Below are positions 11,778-21,190 of a stretch of DNA of 64,000 bases, in pieces. The DNA lies in assembly GCF_009834535.1 (NCBI RefSeq), contig NC_045696.1:70124001-70188000 (forward strand). Reading direction: 5' to 3'. This DNA comes from Camelus ferus. Taxonomy: Eukaryota. Made by a program: the position numbers and the translations under genes. How positions within the stretch are numbered: the stretch's first letter is position 1; the number at the start of each line of letters is the position of its first letter. The notes beneath the pieces were generated by a model, which was not told the origin of the DNA, made no database searches, and was given only the letters and a program-made list of their open reading frames with translations.

Positions 11778-13591
11778 GGACCATTCTACGAGGCCATTCT
11801 GAAGGTACCAACTTTACCATTACCCAAAATGACCTCTATCCTTTGTCTCCCACCTGGTAACTTGCTAAAAGATATAACCTTTCCATGAGTCTTAAAACTA
11901 TAGATTAAATATTCACATGTATTAGTTTGTATCAATTTTTATCCAGTGAAACCCAGCAGATCAGAGATCTCCAATATAATCGCCTCCAAATGAAACATAT
12001 CGCGACACTCCCACGGCCCCACCTCCTCACTTTAAGCTTGTACGTTCAGTCAATTCACCTGTTTGTCTCTACATCACCATCCCTACCCCATCACTCATTA
12101 TAAGTGTTGTTTTATTCCTCTTTGAATTTCTAGTACAGATGCTCAATCAATCCTCGCTGAATGAATTTTCAGTGATATTCTCCTAAGGATCTAATTATGT
12201 ATAATAATTATACTAGTAATTATCTTTTATTTAATACTTACTATATGCCAGACATTAGCATAGTGCTTTAGATCTATCATGTGTTTAATCCTTACAACAA
12301 TCCTACAAGTCTGGCTTTATTATGGTTATTTCAAATGAGAGAACTAAGGCACAGGGTAACTATGTCTTAAATAACTTAATCAAGGTCATATAATTGATAA
12401 GTGGCAAACCTGGGCCCAGAACCCGACAATTGGCTGAATCCAGGGACAGTGCTTTCTCCACCATACCACATTGCCTCTCATGAAGTAATTGGGAAGGTCA
12501 TTGGTTATGATATAGTTATTCATATGGATGCAGTATTTTCGAGTTTCTCTTTTTCTCAGAGTTTGATTTTTTTTTTTGGCACCAAAAATGTAACGGGGTC
12601 ATTTCTAAGTGGTGGCATTATTGATGGTTCATGTTATGTTATATATCCTTTTCTGTGTGAAATATTTTTAACCATAAGTCTATATTTTTTTTATTGAAGT
12701 ATAGTTGATTTATAATATTGTGTTCGTTTCAGCCTATATTACTTTTGTAATGAATAAAATGCTATTTAAAATAGATACAAAATTCAATCAATATGTGCTT
12801 TAATCTCCAGAACCTTAAAAAGAAGAATATAATCCATTGATTTTTCTCTGTGTCCCCCTTTTTGCCAGTGCATTATCTCTGCAATGGTAAGAAGTGAACA
12901 TCAAAGAGCTAGGAGCCCCATGGAGTGAGGCAAGGATGGTGACAATGCGAAAGGTTATGAGAGATTCTCATCAGGTTACCGATCACTTAAAGGACACTGT
13001 TTGCAGAGCACTGAACAAAGCAGTGTCGAATTAGCTTTGAAGATATTCTGATCTTGAAAGCAAGTTAATTCACTATCTACTACGTCAATGAAGCAAGTGC
13101 AGGAGGAGTTCATCAGTATCTAGAAGGGAACTACATTTCCCTCTTTTCTAATCTTCTCTACTTTAAGAGAAAAGAAATTCTGTAGGTTCTGAATAAAATG
13201 CCTTTTTTCATTACAATGGTCAAAACATGACCTTCAAAATGTAACTACAAAGAGCAGAAAAAATTATAGTGACGGTGATTAACAGCATGGGCATTTGTCC
13301 CAGTCTTTTGATATGAGCAGTATTAAAGGTTTCTGCTCTATTGAAATTGAATAGATGCTATACAAAGACAAATCTCTCTAAAATACAAACAGCTCACAAA
13401 TATGAAATCACCAAAGGAACAAATATACCAAGTGATATTTGGGAGGAAACAGTAAGTTACAGACTTGACTGCTTTCAGTAGCTTTATGGCTTCTAATGAC
13501 TTTGATCCCCACAGGCTGACTTGTGTGGAACACATAGGACATAGGTATTGATGGCTGAAGAAAGCACCAGCACTGGATTCTGAGCAAGAGT
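11778..13591 (+). pseudogene. Nested-gene candidate exons 11778-11856, 11947-12039, 12869-12886, 12975-13059, 13355-13451, 13515-13591
   Basis: Donors GTAACT, GTACGT, GTAAGA, GCAAGT, GTAAGT, GTAAGT with upstream AG acceptors; phase-compatible; reading frame partly ambiguous. Confidence 0.55.
12225..12480 (-). mobile_element. MIR SINE
   Basis: cttactatatgccagacatt...tttaatccttacaacaatcct...atgagagaactaaggcacag...aaggtcata. Confidence 0.7.
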
Positions 13592-14799
13592 GTAAGTGGG
13601 CAGTAGTTCTCAGGATAACGTTATGAAAGCCCAAGTTACCATAATTTTTAATACATAACTATTAAAACTAGATAATCTTTGGGTTTCCTTTTTTTCCTAT
13701 TTACTCAATCTTTATTTACTGTTAAGTACTAGAAACAGAAAATATTAGAAAAAACAGAAAAGCACATATTTTGTCTGAAATCCCATCTCATATTCATTTT
13801 CATCTTCCAGTCTTTGCTTATATGTATATCATATACAGCTATGTAAGAGTTTATGTGATGTATATTTTTTCTACTTTTTAATCTATTCCCCATTTATTTA
13901 CAGTTTTTATTATAAGCTTAATAGTTGTTTACTGTACCCTCTTACCTTTTTTTGTACTTAAGTGTTTCCATTTTTTTATTTGCTAATTTAAACATGATCC
14001 TTTTTTCTTTCTTTGTATTATTTCCTCAAATTCAATCCTTAAAGAGTATAGTTTCCTGGATCTTGGTATACATTCCAAATTGCTATCCAAAAGGATTTTG
14101 CTAGTTTTTGCTGACAGTAGCAAAGTATGAGTACGTCTCTTGTGCTACAACTTTACCAGCAATGAATATTGACAATTATTTTTTGGTGCTAATTTAATTA
14201 GGTATAAAATAGTGTTTTATAAGTTTGCACTAGTTTAATTGACAGTGAGGTAGAATATTTTCTCCAAATTTGTTTAATACATCTTCTTCGTATGAATTAT
14301 CAAATTTATCCCTTGTCTACTTATTTATTAGGGTCCTGCTGTTCCCATAAACTTGAAACAGCCTTCTATTTTTTTGATATGTAGGAAGAGACTTTTTATA
14401 AAAGTATTTTCTTTATTTTATAATGAATTTTATAAATACAGTTACCCTGTTATTTCAGAGTTTTATTATGTTTTGAACAAAGTATTTTTATAGATGTCTG
14501 TCATTTCCTTTGTAATTTCTTCTACTGTCTAATCTATCTTCTAAGAGTGATCCATAGTTGATTTTTCAAAAGTTTAACCTTTACACCTGAAGTTTATTTT
14601 GCTGTATGTGGTGTGAGGACTGATGCAAATTAATTTTTTCATATTGTTATTTAGTGATTCAAAAAATAAGCTGGTAAATAATCCTTCATTTTAATATCAT
14701 TTTATAATGTTTATATTGTAATGTACTATACATATTTTATAAATAATTCCTATTATTTAGTATTTTTATAAAATGAGAAATAAATTATTGAAATTCAAA

Positions 14800-15032
14800 T
14801 GATAGGAGGGAGGGGCAAGATAAGAGTAGAGGACTAAGGCACAAACTACTCTCTGTAAAATAAATAAGCTACAAGGAGATATTGTACAGCACAAGGAATA
14901 TAGCCAATATTTTATACTAACTTTAAATAAAGTATAATCCATAAAAATATTGAATCAGTATGTTGTACACCTAGGACTAATATAACATGGTAAATCAACT
15001 ATACTTCAAGTTAAAATAAATAAAATAAAATA
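14800..15032 (+). mobile_element. L1 3' UTR fragment
   Basis: tattgtacagcacaaggaatatagccaata...tgtacacct...taaatcaactatacttcaa followed by an A-rich tail. Confidence 0.85.
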
Positions 15033-15646
15033 CAAATGATAAATATATTTGGCACTCAGATGCCAAATGTTTATATTATAATAAATAATAAGAATTTCCT
15101 TGACCAACAGTGGCTCATGCCTGTGTTAATTCAGCTATGTTCAGCCAAATCTTAATTATCCATGGAAAAATAAAGGGGATAGCACTGGTAATTCAAGAAC
15201 AGAGTGTAAAGTAATACTTCAATCCCCTTTCCATCAATCTTTTTACCAGAACTAATTACCAGAAGTAAAACTGATTGATGTGATTTAGTCCTATCTATCC
15301 AGTCCCAATGTCTCTATCAATTTCTAGAAGGGAGCCAATGAACAGGAAAATGCCAGCAAAAAGAATGTTAGTGACAAGTATGTGCAAAATTGGGGGCCTA
15401 GATCATTGAGGAGCAAGATAACTAACCTTATAATGCTGGAAACTGGCTGTGCTCCCTCTAAGGTTAGCCCAGACTTTCTGCTGCTTTTACATCTGTCCCA
15501 TTGGTACTCCTTCCCAGCTTTTATCCTCTCTCTGATTCATCACTATGACTACTATCTTAATTCCAACATCCACCATGATCCCTAGGACTGAGAAAAAGCC
15601 ACATGCCCACTCACTTTAATGCGTAAGTTCTCCTTTGTTTATTCAG

Positions 15647-16683
15647 ATGTGTCTATGACAATACTTGCTTTGAGACCGGGAACTATTTGGCAATAAAAGA
15701 TTTCAATCACACATACTACCTTACTTGGACTTCACTACCAACGTACTAAATGGGAGATGAAGGTATCATTAAAATTTTTTTTAAATCGAGTGAAATTTCC
15801 TCATAATACCAAACGCAGGGACACATCTGTTCTATATATCATCCATTAGTTGACTGTAATCCAGGATTAAAGATTAGCTCCCTGATCCCAGAGCTGACAA
15901 GAAAAAAAACTACACTCAGTTTCAGGCTAGTGAATCTCTCCTCTGGCCCACAGCAACACCTGCTCACAGTAGGATATCCCGTCATCTGCTAAGGAGTTGG
16001 GCAACTGCCGTACCCTTGTAAGCTTAAACTGAACAAGCCTGTTTCTTATTTATTCCTGAAATAAGCCTTTCTGAAGATCACATAATCAATTGGAAGACAA
16101 ATTAAATACAAACTTATAGAACATTAAAAAAATTAAAGGCTCTTTTTAACAGACATAGGATGTGTCTGTTAGCCCCCTTTAAGTCTGAATCTCAGTGCTG
16201 CATTTGGATCCTGAGACCTCCAAACTGCCACCAAAATAATTATTAGACTGGACAATTTAAGACTCTAAAAACCAAAGGAGTTTATCACATAAGCAGATAT
16301 TAAGAGGTTTTGTGTCTAAGCAGAGGATAAGGAACTTATAAAAAATAATAAATTAGGGGTAGCTATCTCTGGGTTGTGGGATTACAAGTGATTTTTATTT
16401 TCATCTTTGGATTTCTCTTTATTTTCAATTTTTAAAATAATGGTACTATTTAACATAGGAGTCCCCAACATTTGTGTGACAAGGAACAACTTTTAGATTT
16501 CCCTGCAACCTTAAGATCATAGAGGGGAAAAGGGGTGGAATGTCCAGGGTATGGCAGTATGTATGAAAGAGAGAAAAAAATAGACAACACCTAGGGAATT
16601 CCAAAGAATTTCTGCATGCAGTAGGAATGGATGCTGTGGTTGACAAATCCTGGAAAGTATACCTGAAATTGACAGATTAACAG
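15647..16683 (+). pseudogene. Nested-gene candidate exons 15647-15762, 15926-16017, 16459-16683
   Basis: CVYDNTCFETGNYLAIKDFNHTYYLTWTSLPTY*MGDE and ESPTFV*QGTTFRFPCNLKIIEGKRGGMSRVWQYV*KREKNRQHLGNSKEFLHAVGMDAVVDKSWKVYLKLTD*Q; donors GTATCA, GTAAGC, CAG|GTAAAT. Confidence 0.5.
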
Positions 16684-17261
16684 GTAAATCCAAATATACT
16701 TATGGGTAAGGGGTATAGATGGGAAGACTGGTACTGGTTTAAGGGAAAGTATTTCACATCAACAGATAAATGGATAAAGAAAATGGGGTATCTTCTTTAT
16801 ATATATATATACATATATATATATACACACACACACTTTATATATATACCTATATATATACACTTTATACTTGTATGTACAATTTATAAATAATTATACC
16901 TATATTAAGTACAACTTTACTAAAATACCAATATATATGAAAACATGCATGAAAATAGAAATTTTAAATGATGAGATAAAAAGAACAGGAACTGTAACAC
17001 TGTCCTCACTGTAATGTCATGGATTGTCTTATATGTGCTCTACTCTGGACACTACTGAAATGGACAACCATAGAAGATGGGCTTTGACCAAAAACAACCA
17101 ACCAAATGTCAATCTGTTTCATTCAGAAAGTCCATAGAAAATTGATACGGGTGTTCCTCTGGCATTAGGCTTTTAATTCATCCACAGGTCAAAGGTTATC
17201 CAGTTAATGGTGGTGTGCATTTTACATAGGAAATATCTTCCAGGTCCATACCCTAGCTTAC

Positions 17262-17736
17262 CTTGCTGCTGCAATTTGTAATCAGTGGAATATGCCTTCC
17301 CAATGATATTCCATACAGGCCTTAAGCATCCAAATAGTCCTTCAAGAAACCCACCACTGCTGCTGCCCGACCTGCTGAACTGAATCTTGATGTCTTCAGT
17401 TCCACTCGTGCCCTCTCCATCCACAGGGTTGCTGTTTCCATGAGAAATGGCCATCTCTGATTCATCTTGTTCCCTTAGCTGAAGAACGCTGTTCTCAAAC
17501 TGGTCCCTGGAATCCTCGCTTACACTTGTCAACACTGTGGTGGTGATGGGGCTGTTTGTGCCCTCAGTTAGCTCTGTTTGCACCACCCCCTTTTCTTGCT
17601 GGTTCTTAAGGTGCTTGGGTGAAGGGTGGCTCCCCATTGGTGCAACGTCATCTTGTAGTCCATTGAAGGTTTTGTTTTCTCTCAAGGGTAACTGTAGGGA
17701 AGAGGAGCAGCTCAGGTGCTCCTGAGGGCTGGCCAT
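17262..17736 (-). CDS. MAP3K13: MAP3K13 first coding exon (exon 2 spans 17262-17825, including 89 nt of 5'UTR)
   Basis: Translates MASPQEHLSCSSS...GGFLEGLFGCLRPVWNIIGKAYSTDYKLQQQ, recognisable as the LZK N-terminus. ATG context ACAATGG, acceptor tttttcccag|G, donor G|GTAAG, 475 coding nt, phase 1. Confidence 0.97.
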
Positions 17737-18238
17737 TGTGCCATGAGTGTGCCCAAGGTCCTGAGACGACCGACACTCAGAGGATCATTAGAACAGAGCT
17801 CTGATGTAAGAGTGGGCTTCAGAACCTGGGAAAAATAGGAGGACGACGTGAGATCACCCTTTCTTTAGTCATCCACACTACTACACTTCCATTTATAATA
17901 ATAAAAACATTGAAACAAGGGGGATTGGTTAAATAGTAGTGTAGATCTACATGGTGGAATACTGTGCAGCAGTTAAAAACCATGTTGTAGAAGAGTATTT
18001 ACTAACATGGGAAAATGCTCATGACATATTAATACAAAAAACACATTAGAACAATATATACAACATAAGACATTAAAAATTTTTGTTGTTGTTGTTTAAA
18101 AGGATACACAAACATATATACAAGCAAAAAAACTGGAAGGATACAATCAAAGAATTAACAATAGTCAATTCCAGGTGGTTAGATTTGGGAGGGATTTATA
18201 TTATTGTTTTTCAAGATACTCTGAGTAGTTTGCATTAA

Positions 18239-18590
18239 TGTTTCTATAGACTGAATGCTTGTGTCCCCCCAAAATTTATATGTTGAAACTCAGTCTCAAT
18301 TGTAATGTTATTTGGAAGTGGGGCCTTTGGGAGGTGATTAGACCATGAGGGTGGAGCCCTCATGAATAGGATTAGTGCCCTTATAAGAAAGAATCCTAGA
18401 GAGCTCCCTCACATTTTCTGCCATGTGAGGACACAGTCTATGAACCAGGAAGCATGCCTTCGTCAGATTGTATCTCTGAGTGCCATGGTCTTGGATTTAT
18501 CAGCCTCCAAAAAACTGTCAGAAGTAAATGTTATCTGAGTTATCTAGTCTATAGATATTTTTGTTATAGCAGCTTGAACAGACTAAGACA
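18239..18590 (+). mobile_element. MaLR LTR (MLT1-like solo LTR)
   Basis: Starts tg...gactgaatgcttgtgtccccccaaaatttatatgttgaa; ends ttgttatagcagc...gactaagaca. Confidence 0.85.
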
Positions 18591-19510
18591 TGAGTTATTA
18601 TATTTATAATCAGAAAAAAATTATTTTCCTTCCCCAAAGTATAAATATATTTATATTAGAAACTACATTCTGTGTTATTATAAGTCACTACTCATATTCT
18701 CTGTTTGCGTTAGTGTCTTTTCCACTGGCACCTTACTTTAATTCCTAAAGCATGTAAATAAATGTCTTGTGTATGTGACAAGACAAATTCCTAAGATAAA
18801 TTTTGTTTTTGCTGTACTGTACCAAATCTGGGCAATGTGATTAAGCCCCAGCCCTTTAAACTTATTCCTTGCTTCTGATCTGTCCATTGGCCCAAATTTC
18901 TCAGAGGTACCTAACCTCTGAAAATAAAGACATGGAATTGTTCTAGATTCACCAGATCATGCAAAATCTATCTTAAATTTATTCAATGTATGTTGCTTAT
19001 TAGAAATTTACTTTCTTTGCAAATCCCTATATAATAGGGATAATACAGAGAAAGATAAGAATTGAAGAGTCAAGGGCTAGATTGTAAGTATGCCAGGCTA
19101 AGAGGTTTGGATTCTATCCTGAAGGTGATGGGGAGCCACAGTATCCTATATTGGGGGTTAAAAATAAAAATAGACCATTCCCATTTTATTAATTCCTCAT
19201 CTTTATTACTAAGACCTAAATTTTAAGCCTTTTCTTTTCATTGCCATTCCCTATGAATAGCTTATGTGAGTGAACCATTGAAAATATCCTATCCTTTAAA
19301 CTCTCTTTCATCCACTCAAGTATTAACTAAGCTCCTATCACATGCTATACAATGTGTTAGGCATTAATGAATGGCATATAGGTTCTCACTCTTTGGGAAC
19401 TTAACAATCTAGAGAGAAAGACAACAATAGCCATACAATTAGATAGGATACACAGATATGTACACGGTGCTATGGGACCTCAGAAAAATAAACATCAAAT
19501 ATGTCTAGAG

Positions 19511-21190
19511 ATGTATCTACAGATTTAATGCAATCCCTATCAAATTACCCAGGACATATTTCACAGAACTAGAACAAATTATAATAAAATTTATATGGAA
19601 CCACAAAAGACCTAGAATTGCAAAAGCATTACTGAAGAAAAAGAAAGAGGCTGGAGGAGTAACTCTCCCAGACTTCAGACAATACTACAGAGCTACAGAA
19701 ATCAAGACAGCATAGTATTGGTACAAAAACAGACATATCAACCAATGGAATAGAATAGCGAACCCAGAAATGAATCCACAAACTTTTGGTCAACTAATCT
19801 TTGACAAAGGAGGCAAGAATATACAATGGAATAAAGACAGTCTCTTCAGCAAATGGTGTTGGGAAAACTGGACAGCAGCATGTAAAGCAATGAACACTCC
19901 CTTACACCATATACAAAAATAAACTCAAAATGGATCAAAGACTTAAACATAAGACAAGATACAATAAACCTCCTAGAAGAAAATATAGGCAAAACATTAT
20001 CTGACATACATCTCAAAAATGTTCTCCTAGGGCAGTCTACCCAAGCAATAGAAATAAAAGCAAGAATAAACAAATGGGGCCTAATTAAACTTACAAGCTT
20101 CTGCACAGCAAAGGAAATCATAAGTAAAACAAAATGACAACCTATGGAATGGGAGAAAATTTTGGCAAATGAAACTGACAAAGGCTTGATATCCAGAATA
20201 TATAAGCAGCTCAAATGACTTAATAAGAAAAAAACAAACAACCCAATCCAAAAATGGGCAGAAGACCTCAACAAGCAATTCTCCAAGGAATAAATACAAA
20301 TGATCAATAGGCACATGGAAAAATGCTCAATATCACTAATTATCAGAGAAATGTAAATCAAAACTACAATGAGGTATCATCTCACACCAGTCAGAATGGC
20401 CATCATTCAAAAGTCCACAAATGACAAATGCTGGAGAGGCTGTGGAGAAAAGGGAACCTCCCTACACTGCTGGTAGGAATGCAGTTTGGTGCAGCCACTG
20501 TGGAAAACAGTATGGAGATTCCTCAAAAGACTAGGAATAGACTTACCATATGACCCAGGAATCCCGCTTCTGGGCACATATCCAGAAGGAACACTACTTC
20601 AAAAAGACACCTGCACCCCAATGTTCATAGCAGCACTATTTGCAATAGCCAAGACATGGAAACAGCCTAAATGTCCATCAACAGATGACTGAATAAAGAA
20701 GATGTGGTATATTTATACAATGGAATACTATGCAGCCATAAAATCCGACAACATAACGCCATTTGCAGCAACATGGATGTTCCTGGAGAATGTCATTCTA
20801 AGTGAAGTAAGCCAGAAAGAGAAAGAAAAATACCATATGAGATTGCTCATATGTGGAATCTAACAAAAAAAAAAGTACATAAATACAAAGCAGAAACAGA
20901 CTCATAGACATAGAATACAAACTTGTGGTTGCCAAGGGGGTGGGGGGGGTGGGAAGGGATAGACTGGGATTTCAAAATGTAGAATAGACAAACAAGATTA
21001 TACTGCATAGCACAGGGAAATATATACAAGATCTAGCGGTAGCTCAATGAATATATGTATGTTCATGGATAACTGAAAAATTGTGCTCTACACTGGAATT
21101 TGACACAACATTGTAAAATGACTATAACTCAATAAAAAAAAGTTAAAAACTTTTTTTAAATACTTTGTAAAATGTTAAAAAAAAAGTATT
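19511..21190 (+). mobile_element. Relatively young 5'-truncated L1 (ORF2 C-terminus, 3'UTR, A tail), disabled
   Basis: ORF 20486-20692 [29 protein letters not shown]...TCTPMFIAALF is L1 ORF2p C-terminal sequence; in-frame stops present. Confidence 0.95.

Larger units (their letters stand above)
47..16683 (+). pseudogene. Candidate decayed multi-exon gene (unitary pseudogene, unknown family) nested antisense in MAP3K13 introns 2-7
   Basis: About 25 exon-like units with pyrimidine tract+AG and GT/GC donors, phase-compatible in order, mostly open with scattered stops (see findings). Manual model. Confidence 0.65.

Noticed and set aside
11534..11860. 108-aa + strand ORF over MAP3K13 exon 3
   Set aside because: Mostly the open antisense frame of a coding exon. 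Only its 3' part overlaps a candidate nested exon, and in a different preferred frame.
15623..15646. GTAAGT...AG mini-intron
   Set aside because: Only 24 nt, too short for spliceosomal removal; treated as the acceptor region of the 15647 exon.
17173..17261. C-terminal extension GKLGYGPGRY... of the 187-aa ORF
   Set aside because: Read-through past the exon 2 donor (G|GTAAG) into intron 2; no evidence for a real isoform from sequence alone.
19846..20361. 171-aa hydrophobic minus-strand ORF
   Set aside because: Antisense reading of A-rich L1 ORF2; a common artefact.
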